The notes beneath the pieces were generated by a model that was given only the letters and a program-made list of their open reading frames with translations, made no database searches and was not told where the DNA came from. From the NCBI GenBank assembly GCA_963809385.1, contig CAWEJL010000013.1, positions 14,043 to 78,042 of the forward strand: a DNA stretch of 64,000 nt. Reading direction: 5' to 3'. This stretch comes from an uncultured Chloroflexia bacterium (GTDB lineage Bacteria; Chloroflexota; Ktedonobacteria; Ktedonobacterales; JADMIN01). A program made the translations under genes and the position numbers. The stretch's first letter is position 1. Each line of letters begins with the position of its first letter. Below, one piece after another: positions 21,441 to 32,197 of this stretch.

Positions 21441-22181
21441 ATGAAGCTTGATCAGCACTATGTGGACCCGCGCCTGGTAGACCTGTACGACCGCAATAAC
21501 CCGCGCGGCGCCGACACCGATTTCTATCTCCGTCTTGCGGCAGACCTTAACGCGCGCCGGATTCTCGACTTGGGGTGCGGGACCGGTCTGCTGACTCGGG
21601 AGTTGGCGGTCGATGGCCGCGATGTGTTCGGCGTCGACCCTGCCCCCGCGATGCTGGCGGTTGCCCGCAGACAGCCAGGCGCCGATCGGGTGCGGTGGGT
21701 CGATGGCCATTCCAACGCCTTGGGGACACCAGAGGCTGATCTGGTGGTCATGACCGGCAATGTAGCCCAGATCTTCCTTGACGACTCTGAGTGGGCGGCG
21801 ACTCTGCGTGACATCTATGCCGCCCTGCGATCCGGCGGCCACCTCGCCTTTGAGAGTCGCAACCCCGGAGACCGTGCGTGGGAACGGTGGAATCGTGACG
21901 CCACGTACGAGCGGATCAACTCGCCCTTCGGGCCGATGGAGTGCTGGCTGGAGCTAGTCAACGTCGGGAATAGCCGGGTTCGCTTCGACGGCCACAACGT
22001 GTTCACCACCACTGGGGAGGACGTGGTCGTGAGCAGCGAGCTGCGCTTTCGCAGCCGGGCAGAGCTGACCGGGTCCTTGATCACCGCCGGGTTCACCATC
22101 GAGCAGGTGTACGGCGACTGGGATCGTGGACCGGTGACCAGCGCGAGCCGGGCCATGGTGTTCATCGCGCGCCGCAAGTGA
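21441..22181 (+). CDS. class I SAM-dependent methyltransferase
   Basis: ILDLGCGTG, GVDPAPAML, LRSGGHLAF. Confidence 0.9.
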   Translation: MKLDQHYVDPRLVDLYDRNNPRGADTDFYLRLAADLNARRILDLGCGTGLLTRELAVDGRDVFGVDPAPAMLAVARRQPGADRVRWVDGHSNALGTPEADLVVMTGNVAQIFLDDSEWAATLRDIYAALRSGGHLAFESRNPGDRAWERWNRDATYERINSPFGPMECWLELVNVGNSRVRFDGHNVFTTTGEDVVVSSELRFRSRAELTGSLITAGFTIEQVYGDWDRGPVTSASRAMVFIARRK

Positions 22182-22402
22182 GCAGACCATCACCATGATT
22201 GGGATACGATCGTCTCGGTTGTCGCTACTCGATTCCCCCTTGATGTCATCTTCCACTCAAGTATTAGCCAGGGCGCTCAACGTCGCATCAGTGGCGATAC
22301 GCGCGTATCATGAAGGGCAGCGAGCCGCGAGGTGGGTTATTAGACCTTCGCTTGCGGGCGCGCGATGAACGACCGGATGAGCCTGGAAAACGAGGACACA
22401 CG

Positions 22403-23194
22403 ATGGGACAGCGCATTACGCAGGTTGACGCCTTTACCGCGACGCCCTTCGCCGGCAATCCGGCGGCGGTGTGTGTGCTGCCAGAGCCAGGCGAAGCGGT
22501 CTGGATGCAGCAGGTGGCGCGCGAGATGAATCTGGCCGAAACCGCCTTTCTGTACCGGCAGGAGGACGGATTCAGCCTGCGCTGGTTCACACCACTGGTT
22601 GAGGTTGACCTCTGTGGACACGCCACGCTGGCCAGCGCACACGTCCTCTGGGAGGAAGGCCATCTATCAGCCGGTGAGTCAGCACGCTTCCATACCCGCA
22701 GCGGCCTGCTGACGGCGACCCGCGATGGCGCATGGATCAACCTGGATTTCCCAGCGACTCCCGCCACGCCCGCTGAAGCGTCTTCTGACCTAATCGCGGC
22801 GCTCGGCGCGCCAGCCGTCTGGGCAGGCAAGACCCCATGGGACTACCTGGTCGAGGTGGACTCCGAGGCGACACTCCGCGCGCTCGCGCCCGATTTCACG
22901 CGGCTGGCGCGCGTGCCAGCGCGCGGCGTCATCGTCACCAGCCGCAGCGCCGCGCCAGAGTACGATTTCGTCTCGCGCTTCTTTGGGCCAGCGGTCGGCG
23001 TCAACGAAGATCCCGTGACCGGCTCGGCGCACAGCGCGCTCGCGCCCTACTGGGCTGAGCGACTGGGGAAGAGCGAGTTTGCGGCCTACCAGGCGTCGGC
23101 GCGCGGCGGAAACCTGCGCGTGCGCCTGAACGGCGAGCGCGTCATCATCGGCGGTCAGGCAGTGACGACCCTGCGCGGCGAACTGCTGGCTTGA
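22403..23194 (+). CDS. PhzF family isomerase
   Basis: VDAF...F.GNPAAV, EVDLCGHATLA, NEDPVTGSA. Confidence 0.92.
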   Translation: MGQRITQVDAFTATPFAGNPAAVCVLPEPGEAVWMQQVAREMNLAETAFLYRQEDGFSLRWFTPLVEVDLCGHATLASAHVLWEEGHLSAGESARFHTRSGLLTATRDGAWINLDFPATPATPAEASSDLIAALGAPAVWAGKTPWDYLVEVDSEATLRALAPDFTRLARVPARGVIVTSRSAAPEYDFVSRFFGPAVGVNEDPVTGSAHSALAPYWAERLGKSEFAAYQASARGGNLRVRLNGERVIIGGQAVTTLRGELLA

Positions 23195-23210
23195 GCGCCT
23201 ATCCCACCGC

Positions 23211-24241
23211 TCACGCCGCCCCCGCGCCCGCGCTCCCCGCCAGCCCCGCGAGCGCCTGCCGCGTGTAGGCGCGGATGATGCGCTTGCGCAGCGCGATCGT
23301 GCCGGAGGTGTTGTCCATCGGGTGCGCGGCGCGCAGGGCCACCTCCGCCGCCGCCTCGATCAGGTCGGGTGTCCAGCGCTGGCCGGTCAGCAGCGCCTCG
23401 GCCTCCGGCAGCGGCAGCGGGGCCGTCGCCACGCCTTGCAGCGCCAGCCGCGCCGCCACGCAGACATCGCCCTCGAAGCGCGCCGCCGCCGCCACGCTGG
23501 CGATCGGGAAGTCGAACGCGCCGCGCACGCGGTACTTCTCGTAGGTCGAGCGCCACTCGCCCGCCAGCGGCGGCAGCGTGATGTCGGTCAACACCTCGCC
23601 CTCGCGCAACCGCACCGGGTGGATGCCGTCATCATCGTAGAGCGCGGCCACCGGAACGTCGCGCGCGCCCTCGCGCGCGAGGCCACCCGCGCCGTCGCGC
23701 CGAAGGCGATCAGCACGGGCGCGGTATCGCACGACGAGACGGCGTAGCAGCCCGTCCCGTTCGGCGCCACGCGGCAGATGTCGCTGCCCTTCTTCAGGCA
23801 GAACTCGCGCGCGCCCCGCCAGAACTCCGACTGGTTATAGTAGTTGCAGCGCGTGTCCAGGCAGATGTTGCCGCCAATCGTCCCCATCTGCCGCAACTGT
23901 GGCGTCGAGACAGACGCCGCCGCCAGCGCCAGCGCCGGGTAACGCTGCTGTATCACCGCCGACGCCGCGACCTCGCTCAGCCGCACGCCCGCGCCAAGCC
24001 GCAGCCCGCGCTCCGGGTCGTAGCTGATCCCGCGCAGCGCGGCCACGCCGCGCAGGCCGACGACCACCTTCGGCGTGAAGACCTTGTGCTTCATGTTCGG
24101 CAGCACATCGGTCCCGCCGGCCATCAGCATCGCCCGCGCCTCGGGGTCTTTGTCCACCGCCGGGGCGAACGCGCCCAGCCACTCCAGCGCCTCCTCCACG
24201 GAGCGCGCGGCGCGATACTCGAACTTCGGCAAGCGCATCAT
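23211..24241 (-). CDS. hcrB: 4-hydroxybenzoyl-CoA reductase beta-subunit-like FAD/[4Fe-4S] protein (frameshift near 23680)
   Basis: AGGTD, GTIGGN; Cys insertion CLDTRCNYYNQS..WR...CLK....C.V......CYA; KYRVRG.FDFP. Confidence 0.75.
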
Positions 24242-24269
24242 GACGCCATCACCTCCCCGCACAGGGTCG

Positions 24270-24414
24270 CCTCATCCGGCCTCCGGCCACCTTCTCCCTG
24301 CGGGGAGAAGGCCCATAGCCAGCATTCCTCGCGGAGCAAACCCAGTCCGCCCTTTACGAGACACGCGCGCCTCGCGGCCCCTCTCCCCGCAGGGAGAGGG
24401 GGTAGGGGGTGAGG
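24270..24414. repeat. REP-like family C (CCCCTCTCC..GGAGAGGGG..GGGGGTGAGG), two copies
   Basis: same motif at 27041-27078 and 38193-38227. Confidence 0.7.
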
Positions 24415-24419
24415 CCCCC

Positions 24420-26816
24420 TCACGCCCGCTCCGCCTTCCGCTTCGCCCCCGGAGCCGCGACCTCGCCCCGGCCTTTCAAGGCCTCGTCCGTGCCCCGGCC
24501 TTTCAAGGCCGGGACTGCCGCCGGGGCCGGGGGGTGAGGTCGCGCCGCCCGCGCCGCCTCACGCAGCGCGCGCTGGATCTTGTCCGGCGTGATCGGCGTG
24601 GAGTCCACGCGGGCGCGGATGGCGTCGTAGACGGCGTTGGCGATGGCGGGGATGATCGGGTTCAGCGGCCCCTCGCCCGCCTCCTTCGCGCCGTATGGCC
24701 CCTCGCGGTCGAGCGTCTCCACCGTCAGCGCCGTGATCTCCGGCGTGTCGTAGATCGTCGGCAGCTTGTACTCCAGTAGCGACGGTATCTTATGCAGCCC
24801 CTTGCGGAAGACCTGCTCCTCCAGCACCGCCTCGCCGAAGCCCATGTAGGCGCTGCCCTCGACCTGCCCCTCGACGAGCACCGGGTTCAGCGCCCGCCCG
24901 CAGTCGTGCGCCACCCACAGCCGCTCGACCTTCAGGTCGTAGGTCTCCGGGTCCACCGTCACCTCGGCCACGCAGGCGGTATAGCTGTAGGCGGGCGAGA
25001 CGCCGACGCCCGACCCCTTGAACTTGCCGCCCAGCTTCGGCGGCGTGTAGCTGCCCACCGCGCTCAGCGTGCCGTGCGCCGCTTCGGCCTTCTGCGCCGC
25101 GTCCACGAAGCTGATGCGCTTCTCCGGCTCGCTGGCGTCGTATATCCAGCCCTCGCCCGCCTCCAGGCGCTCCGACGGAACCTCCAGCGCGGCGCTGGCG
25201 GCCTCGAAGAGCAGCGCCCGCAGCTTGCGCGCCCCCTCGCGCGCGGCGTTGCCCGCCATGAACGTCACGCGCGAGGAGTAGCTGCCCAGGTCCACCGGCG
25301 TCAGGTCGGTGTCCCCGGTGTAGACGCGGATGTCGAGCGGGTCAATGCCTAGCTCCTCGGCCACCACCTGCGCCAGCATCGTATCCGAGCCCTGGCCGAT
25401 GTCCGACGAGCCACAGAGCGCCGCGACGCCGCCGCCGCGGTCAATGGTGACGATCACGCCGGAGTGCGGCATGTCGTTCCAGTAGATCGCCTTGCCCGCG
25501 CCAGTCACATACGAGCTAATCGCGACGCCCAGCCCGCGCCCCTCCGGCATGCGCTCGCGGCGCTCGTCCCATCCCGACGCCTCCACCACCTTGTCCACGC
25601 ACTCCTTCAGCCCGCAGGTCGTCACCCGCAGCCCGTTGACCGTCTCGCTGTACGGCTCGATGGCGATACGCTTGCGGTACTCCGCCGGGTCAAGGCCAAG
25701 CTGCTCGGCGATGCGGTCAAGCTGGCACTCGAAGGCGTAGCGCGGCTGGGTCGAGCCATGCCCGCGCTTAGGACCGCAGGCCGGTTTGTTGGTGTAGAGC
25801 CGCATGCCGTCGAACTTGTAGGCTGGGATTTTGTAGGTCACCGTCAGCAGCGCGCCGGTGTAGTAGACCGTCGCCAGGCCGTAGCTGGCGTAGGCGCCAC
25901 CATCCAGGAAGGTCTGGAGATGCACGGCGGTAATGCTGCCGTCAGACTTCACTCCCGTCTTGAGGATCATCTTCACCGGATGCCGCCCGCGATGGCAGTA
26001 GAAGACCTCCTCGCGGCTGAGGGTGAACTTGATGGGCCGCCCGTGGCGCAGCGCGAACAGACACGCCGCGAAGTCGTGCGCGAACGGCTCGCACTTGCCG
26101 CCGAACCCGCCGCCCACCGGCGGCACGATGATCCGCAGGCGGCTGCGCGGGATGCCCAGCACCTTGGCGACCTCGCGATGGATGTAATGCGGCGTCTGCG
26201 TCGAGGTCCACAGGGTGACTTTGCCGTCGGCGTGGCAGTCGGCGACGCAGGCGTGCTCCTCCATCGGCGCGTGCGTCGTCCCCTCGAAGAAGTACGCGTC
26301 CTCGCGGACGAGGTCAGCCGCCGCGAAGCCGTCCTCCACCGGGCCAAACTCCAGGTGGACTTCCTTCATGACGTTGCCGCGATCGCTCTCCGCGTGAATC
26401 TGGTTCTCGGGGTGGGCCAGCGCCTCCTCGACCGAGTAAAGCGCCGGCAGCGGCTCGTACTCGACCTCGATCAGGTCCAGCGCCTCCTCCGCCGTCTCCT
26501 CGTCCACCGCGCAGACCGCCGCCACTGGCTCGCCGACGTAGCGCACGCGGTCCATCGCGAACGGCGTCTCGTCCTGCGTCGTCGGCATGATGCCGTAGGT
26601 ATGTGGCAGGTCGGCGCCAGTGATGACATCCAGCACGCCGGGGTAGGCCCGCGCCCGCGACACATCGAGCCGCAACAAGCGCGCGTGCGGGTGCGGGCTG
26701 CGCAGGATGCGCCCATACGCCATACGCGGCAGCGTCAGGTCGTCGGCGTATTTCGCCGCCCCTGTCACTTTCGTATAGCTGTCTATCTTGGTGAGCGACT
26801 TGCCTATCACCCGCAT
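24420..26816 (-). CDS. hcrA: 4-hydroxybenzoyl-CoA reductase alpha-subunit-like molybdopterin protein
   Basis: GGGFGGK, RGHG, DIGQGS, LGSYSSRVT, GQVEG, GAKEAGEG. Confidence 0.78.
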   Translation of the reverse strand: MRVIGKSLTKIDSYTKVTGAAKYADDLTLPRMAYGRILRSPHPHARLLRLDVSRARAYPGVLDVITGADLPHTYGIMPTTQDETPFAMDRVRYVGEPVAAVCAVDEETAEEALDLIEVEYEPLPALYSVEEALAHPENQIHAESDRGNVMKEVHLEFGPVEDGFAAADLVREDAYFFEGTTHAPMEEHACVADCHADGKVTLWTSTQTPHYIHREVAKVLGIPRSRLRIIVPPVGGGFGGKCEPFAHDFAACLFALRHGRPIKFTLSREEVFYCHRGRHPVKMILKTGVKSDGSITAVHLQTFLDGGAYASYGLATVYYTGALLTVTYKIPAYKFDGMRLYTNKPACGPKRGHGSTQPRYAFECQLDRIAEQLGLDPAEYRKRIAIEPYSETVNGLRVTTCGLKECVDKVVEASGWDERRERMPEGRGLGVAISSYVTGAGKAIYWNDMPHSGVIVTIDRGGGVAALCGSSDIGQGSDTMLAQVVAEELGIDPLDIRVYTGDTDLTPVDLGSYSSRVTFMAGNAAREGARKLRALLFEAASAALEVPSERLEAGEGWIYDASEPEKRISFVDAAQKAEAAHGTLSAVGSYTPPKLGGKFKGSGVGVSPAYSYTACVAEVTVDPETYDLKVERLWVAHDCGRALNPVLVEGQVEGSAYMGFGEAVLEEQVFRKGLHKIPSLLEYKLPTIYDTPEITALTVETLDREGPYGAKEAGEGPLNPIIPAIANAVYDAIRARVDSTPITPDKIQRALREAARAARPHPPAPAAVPALKGRGTDEALKGRGEVAAPGAKRKAERA

Positions 26817-26875
26817 CGCGCACGCTCCGTTTCTTTACCATGACCCGGCGAGATTGTTCGATGGGACGGCGCCCA

Positions 26876-27020
26876 GCGAATGAATTCGCGCCTGTGGGGC
26901 CTCGCGGCCACAACGTCCGCCTGCGCGGACGCGGATTTCGAACCCGCGCTGACGCGGAACCCGGACCCGCGCAGGCGGGTCTCGCGGCGGAACGCCCCCG
27001 AGGCGCGAATTCATTCGCCC
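26876..27020. repeat. REP-like element, family A
   Basis: GCGAATGAATTCGCGCCT...AGGCGCGAATTCATTCGC terminal inverted repeats. Confidence 0.85.
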
Positions 27021-27036
27021 GCCGCTTAGCCCGCGC

Positions 27037-27546
<510 letters not shown>

Positions 27547-27547
27547 C

Positions 27548-28864
27548 TCAGCCCCCATATTTCCGGCGGTCATCCAGCCGGCGCGCCTTCAGCTCGAAGC
27601 GTGGCAGCGACCCCGCCGGGGCTACTCGCACCGGCGCGCGCAGGTTCAGCGCGCCGCGCAGCGCCCGCTCCACCTCCGGCGCTAGCTCCTCTGGGCATTC
27701 CGCCTCGACCTCGACCTCATCCAGCGCGCCCACCCGCGTCACGATGATGCGGAACTCTTCCACCTGCGGGAACTGGCGCAGCACCGCCTCGATGCTCGAC
27801 GGGAAGACGTTGACGCCGCGCACGACGACCATATCATCCACCCGCCCCAGCACGCCGCCGGGCAGCGTCAGGAACGTCCGCCCGCAGGGGCAGCTCGCCG
27901 GGCCGCGTATCACACGGTCGCCGGTGCGGTAGCGCAGCGCCGGATAGCCCCAGCGCCCCAGGTTCGTCAGCACCAGCTCGCCCTGCTCGCCCTCCGCAAC
28001 TGGCGTACCCGTCACCGGGTCCAAAATCTCGGCGATGAACTCGGCCTCGTTGACATGCACGGCGTCCTGATTGAGGCAGGTGAAGCCATAGGCTCCCATC
28101 TCGGTCATGCCGAGATGGTCGTAGGTGCGCGCCCCCCAGGCCTCCTCGATGCGCGCTCGCGTGCTGGGGATCGAAGCCCCCGGCTCACCGGCGTGAATCG
28201 TCACGCGCACCGCCGACGAAGCGATATCCAGCCCCTCCTCGCGCGCTACCTCCGCCAGCCGCAGCGCGTAGGTTGGCGTGCAGACCAGCACGGTCGCCTC
28301 CGTCGCCAGGATCGTGCGCAGCCGCTGCGAGGTGGACTGCCCGCCGCCCGGCACGACCAGCGCGCCAATCCGCTTGGCCCCCTCATACGCCGACCAGAAG
28401 CCGATGAACGGGCCGAACGAGAACGCCAGAAAGACGGTATCCGCGCGATCCACGCCCGCCGCGTGATACACCGACTCCCAGCACTCCGCCCACCAGTCCC
28501 AGCTTTCCGCCGTGTCCAAAATCGTCAGCGGATGGCCCGTCGTGCCTGATGTCTGGTGCAGCCGCACATACTCGCGCGGCGAAAAGGTCAGGTTCGCGCC
28601 GTAGGGCGGGCAGGCGCGCTGGTCCTCCACCAACTCCCGCTTATTCATGAACGGCAGGCCGGCGAGCGCCTCCAGGCTGGTCAGACGCTCGACATCGAAG
28701 CCGTCCAGCTTGTCGCGCAGGAAACGGTTGCTCCGCAGCGCGCGCGTCAGACCGGCGCGCAGCTTGATCAGCTGGAAGCGCGTCAATGTCGCACGGCCGG
28801 CCATCTGTAGCCACGGAAGCGGGCGATCCCCAGTGATCGCGGTCGTGGTGGGCGCCGGATTCAT
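27548..28864 (-). CDS. phenylacetate-CoA ligase (PaaK) family aryl-CoA ligase
   Basis: TSGTTG, CTPTY, GEPG, YRTGD, GRVDDM...RGVNVFPS, SLPR.E.KA.R. Confidence 0.88.
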   Translation of the reverse strand: MNPAPTTTAITGDRPLPWLQMAGRATLTRFQLIKLRAGLTRALRSNRFLRDKLDGFDVERLTSLEALAGLPFMNKRELVEDQRACPPYGANLTFSPREYVRLHQTSGTTGHPLTILDTAESWDWWAECWESVYHAAGVDRADTVFLAFSFGPFIGFWSAYEGAKRIGALVVPGGGQSTSQRLRTILATEATVLVCTPTYALRLAEVAREEGLDIASSAVRVTIHAGEPGASIPSTRARIEEAWGARTYDHLGMTEMGAYGFTCLNQDAVHVNEAEFIAEILDPVTGTPVAEGEQGELVLTNLGRWGYPALRYRTGDRVIRGPASCPCGRTFLTLPGGVLGRVDDMVVVRGVNVFPSSIEAVLRQFPQVEEFRIIVTRVGALDEVEVEAECPEELAPEVERALRGALNLRAPVRVAPAGSLPRFELKARRLDDRRKYGG

Positions 28865-28976
28865 CGCGCGCGGCCCTCCCTCTCTCAATCCGAAAGGAAC
28901 AGATCCATATCAGGAAACATGCGCGTGGCCAGATCATACCCCACGCACACCTCACCCCAGCGGCGAGACGGGGCCC

Positions 28977-29150
28977 GGCGAATGAATTCGCGCCTCCAAG
29001 CGGCTCGCGCCGCCACAAGACCCGCCTGCGCGGCTCCGAATCCGCGTCCACGCAGGCGGACGTAGCGGGCCAAGAGGCGAGTGGAGCGAAGCCCCCATGC
29101 GCGGGTTCGGGGTTCCCGTATGGGGCCCTTCAGGCGCGAATTCATTCGCC
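28977..29150. repeat. REP-like element, family A
   Basis: terminal inverted repeats as in other copies. Confidence 0.85.
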
Positions 29151-29175
29151 AGCTACTCGTTCGTCGCCAGAGTCT

Positions 29176-30723
29176 CTACGGCGCCACGGCGTCCAGCCGC
29201 TTGCCGCGTGTGGCGATGCCGAACTGGGCGATGACCGCCGCGATCACCAGGAACGCGCCGATCACCAGGAAGGCATAGAGCGCGCCATTCGGCTCCGTCC
29301 CCAGCGCTGGCAGCACCGACCCGGTGATGACGATCAGGCCGACGCCGCCGCCGAGATGCCCGATGCCATCCACGATGCCGAAGCCCGTCGTGCGCGCCCG
29401 CGTTGGGAAGTTCTCCGTGGACCAGGCGTAGGTGATTGGCACCCAGATGTTGAAGCCGAAGAACAGGATGATCGAGCCAATGAACGCCAGGATCACCGTC
29501 CCGTTGACTGTCGCCGCGCTGGGCTTGCCCGCCACGGCGATCAGAATACCGCCGAGCAGCGTGAGAACCGCGCCAATCGGCAGCCAGTACTTGCGCTCCA
29601 GCCGCTCGCCGAAGGAGAAGGCGAACACGCCGCACAGGACGAACCCAATCGTGCCCATCGCCGCGATAACACCCGCTTCAGGCGGCGCGTAGCCCAAGCC
29701 GTTGAGGACCACCGTCAGCCCGGCGGCGATCGAGTAGACCGTCATGTAGGCGAAGAACCACATGACGAGCAGCAACACCACGCGCCCCAGGTAGACCGGA
29801 TGGCTGAAGATCGCGGCAAGGCCCTCGCCGCCCGTCCCCGATTGCACGGTGATGGGCTCTTCGTCCGCCGCGTCCGCCGCGTCCGCCACTGGCGCGCCGC
29901 CCTTGCTGGAGGCGAACCGCTCCATGCGGCTCACGACCGCGTCCGCTTCCGCCACGCGCCCGCGCGAGACCAGCCAGCGCGGCGACTCAGGCAACTGAAA
30001 GCGCAGCAGGATGCCGAGCAGCGCCAGAACCGCGCCGATGACGTACATGATGCGCCAGCCACTACCCTCGAAGACGCCAGTCTTGCTGACCGTCACCTGC
30101 GCGAAGTTCAGCCCCAGCGGGAACGGCGCCGGCGGGGTGGTCAGGATCAGCCCCAGCCAGATGGCGATGAACGCGCCTAGCCCCGACATGATGAAGATCA
30201 GGGAAGTGTACTTGGCGCGGCTGCGGCGCGGCGCGACCTCATTGATGTACGTGTTGACGATCGCCAGGTCGGCGCCGATGCCGATGCCGGTGATCGTGCG
30301 CGCAATGGTGAAACTGGTGAAGTCGTTCGTCAACGCCGTGTAGAGCGACCCCAACCCAGTGATGAGCAGCGTCACCATCAGCATCTCGCGCCGTCCAAAG
30401 CGATCGGCCAGCGGGCTGAGCGCCAGCGCGCCGATGACATAGCCGATGAGGTTCCACAGCACCGGCAGGCCCAGCACGGCGGACGCCCCGACGAACCCGG
30501 CTGGCAGCGCAGTCAGCCCCGGCGGCGGCCCGGCCAGGCACTTGGTGACGATCTGCGTGCAGGTCTGGATGAACGAGACATTGATGTCGAAGATGTCGTA
30601 GAACGTGAACAGGAAGCCAGCGCCGATGACGAGGACAAATGAATAGGGAAGCGACCAGACCTGGATCCGGTCCTGTCGGGCGACTACCGCGCTCGGAGTG
30701 AGCGCTTTCGCATCCGCTGTCAT
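29176..30723 (-). CDS. MFS transporter, probably an aromatic acid or small-solute importer
   Basis: LADRFGRR, E.AP..SR, LPESPRWL, TENFPTRARTTG; GAAGGGA RBS before ATG 30723. Confidence 0.88.
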   Translation of the reverse strand: MTADAKALTPSAVVARQDRIQVWSLPYSFVLVIGAGFLFTFYDIFDINVSFIQTCTQIVTKCLAGPPPGLTALPAGFVGASAVLGLPVLWNLIGYVIGALALSPLADRFGRREMLMVTLLITGLGSLYTALTNDFTSFTIARTITGIGIGADLAIVNTYINEVAPRRSRAKYTSLIFIMSGLGAFIAIWLGLILTTPPAPFPLGLNFAQVTVSKTGVFEGSGWRIMYVIGAVLALLGILLRFQLPESPRWLVSRGRVAEADAVVSRMERFASSKGGAPVADAADAADEEPITVQSGTGGEGLAAIFSHPVYLGRVVLLLVMWFFAYMTVYSIAAGLTVVLNGLGYAPPEAGVIAAMGTIGFVLCGVFAFSFGERLERKYWLPIGAVLTLLGGILIAVAGKPSAATVNGTVILAFIGSIILFFGFNIWVPITYAWSTENFPTRARTTGFGIVDGIGHLGGGVGLIVITGSVLPALGTEPNGALYAFLVIGAFLVIAAVIAQFGIATRGKRLDAVAP

Positions 30724-31052
30724 AGAGCGTATTCCCTTCCGGAGTGGCCGTGGCGCGAGATCGTGACGGAGCCTGGCTGAGTGGGCGCGCGGCCCCCGCT
30801 CATGGCATGCGCCGCTGAGCGTGAGCGCCCTCGCGCGACTGGCCTGACTGGCGCGTCTCATCCACGAGCGGCCACCCCACATGACGCCTTGTCGCCGCAC
30901 ACCGATGTGCGGCGACAAGCGCGCCAGCGCAGAGCGTCTGGCCACGCGATCGCTGCTCCGTCCACCTCCTTATCTCCGCTTCGTGCGCGGCGTCATACCT
31001 GCTGTCCGTGGTTCTGTCCGTGGTTGCGTCTCTTGTCCAGCGCAACCGAAGT

Positions 31053-31118
31053 GTTCAGCATGCCGAACCATTCGTTCTTCAACAAGAACAGTGTGCATGA
31101 ATGCGCGCGATATGTCAA
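31053..31118 (-). promoter_or_regulatory. promoter and tandem operators of the catabolic operon
   Basis: minus-strand TTGACA-17-CACACT (31118-31090), then GTTC-N8-GAAC at 31074-31089 and 31053-31068. Confidence 0.7.
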
Positions 31119-31148
31119 GACGCGAGGCGCGCGGAGCGCGGAGCGAGC

Positions 31149-31283
31149 GGGCGAATGAATTCGCGCCTCAAGGCGGCCCCAGCCGCCACAAAACCCGCCT
31201 GCGCGGGTTCCCGTCTCGCCGAACGCGGGTCCGCGAAGGCGGACCTTGTGGCCGCAGGCCTTGAGGCGCGAATTCATTCGCCC
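31149..31283. repeat. REP-like element, family A
   Basis: long perfect terminal inverted repeat GGGCGAATGAATTCGCGCCTCAAGGC. Confidence 0.9.
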
Positions 31284-31363
31284 CGCCTACTCGCCCCGCC
31301 TGCTCGCCCCACCTGCTCGCCCGGCGGCGATGACACCCGCCTGCTCGGCCTCGGCGTGTCCAC

Positions 31364-31431
31364 TTGACAGCGCGCCAGCCCGCGCGCCACACTTGTTCGT
31401 ATGTCAGAACCCACCGTTCACGATACTGAAC
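31364..31431 (+). promoter_or_regulatory. iclR promoter and tandem operators
   Basis: TTGACA-18-CACACT (31364-31393), then GTTC-N8-GAAC at 31395-31410 and 31416-31431. Confidence 0.7.
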
Positions 31432-32195
31432 CCGCCGCGCCCGCGCCGATGGTCGAGCGCGCCTTCAAGCTGCTCGATCTGCTCGCCACCAGCGACGCGG
31501 GCTACAGCCTCTCCGAGCTGGCCCGCCTGCTGGGCATGAGCAAGGGCAGCGCGCACGGCCTGCTCAAGACGCTGGAGAGCGGTGGCGTGGTCGAGCAGGA
31601 CAGCGAGCGCCGCTACGCCCTCGGCCCGCGCATCTATAACCTCAGCCAGGCGTATATTCGCGGCAGCGGCCTGCGGCGCTTCGCCCTGCCCGCCATGCGC
31701 CGTCTCGCCGCGGACGCCGGACAGACCATCTTCCTTGGCCAGATCGAGCCCGACGGCGTGCGCATCATCGAGCGAGTGGAAGAGCCAGGCGAGCGCGGCG
31801 CCCTGCGCGTCTCCGCCCGGCGCGGCGACCGCGTCCACCTGCTCGCCGGAGCTATCGGGCGCGTCGTCCTGGCAAGCTGGCCACCCGCGCGCCGCGAGGA
31901 GTATCTGCGAACGCGGACCCTGCGCCACTTCACCGACCGCTCGATCACCGACCGCGACGCCTACCTCGCTGCGGTGGAGGAGACGGCCCGAACTGGTGTC
32001 GGCGTGGACCACGAGGAATATCTCACCGGTGTCAACGCCGTCGCCGCCGCGATTCACGGGCTGGACGGCCAGCCGGTCGCGCTGGTCTGGATCGTCGGCT
32101 TCAGCGCCTACTTCACCGACGAGGCGATGGCGCGCGCGGGCGAGGCGCTGCGCACGGAGACACGCGAGATTTCGCGGGCGCTGGGAGCGGAATAG
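31401..32195 (+). CDS. IclR family transcriptional regulator
   Basis: VERAF.LLD.L, HTH LSELAR.LG.SK..AH..L.TL, Y.LGP, A.GR..LA, G...D.EE...GV.AVAA. Confidence 0.93.
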   Translation: MSEPTVHDTEPAAPAPMVERAFKLLDLLATSDAGYSLSELARLLGMSKGSAHGLLKTLESGGVVEQDSERRYALGPRIYNLSQAYIRGSGLRRFALPAMRRLAADAGQTIFLGQIEPDGVRIIERVEEPGERGALRVSARRGDRVHLLAGAIGRVVLASWPPARREEYLRTRTLRHFTDRSITDRDAYLAAVEETARTGVGVDHEEYLTGVNAVAAAIHGLDGQPVALVWIVGFSAYFTDEAMARAGEALRTETREISRALGAE

Positions 32196-32197
32196 CC

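Noticed and set aside
24420-26816. Aerobic CO dehydrogenase CoxL
   Set aside because: Lacks the AYxCSFR/AYRGAGR active-site loop; has the Hcr-type RGHG and a [4Fe-4S]-type beta subunit
31065-31419. LexA SOS boxes
   Set aside because: The GAAC-GTTC spacing here is 5, not the 4 of Gram-positive/Chloroflexota LexA boxes; the N8 palindrome next to iclR fits better
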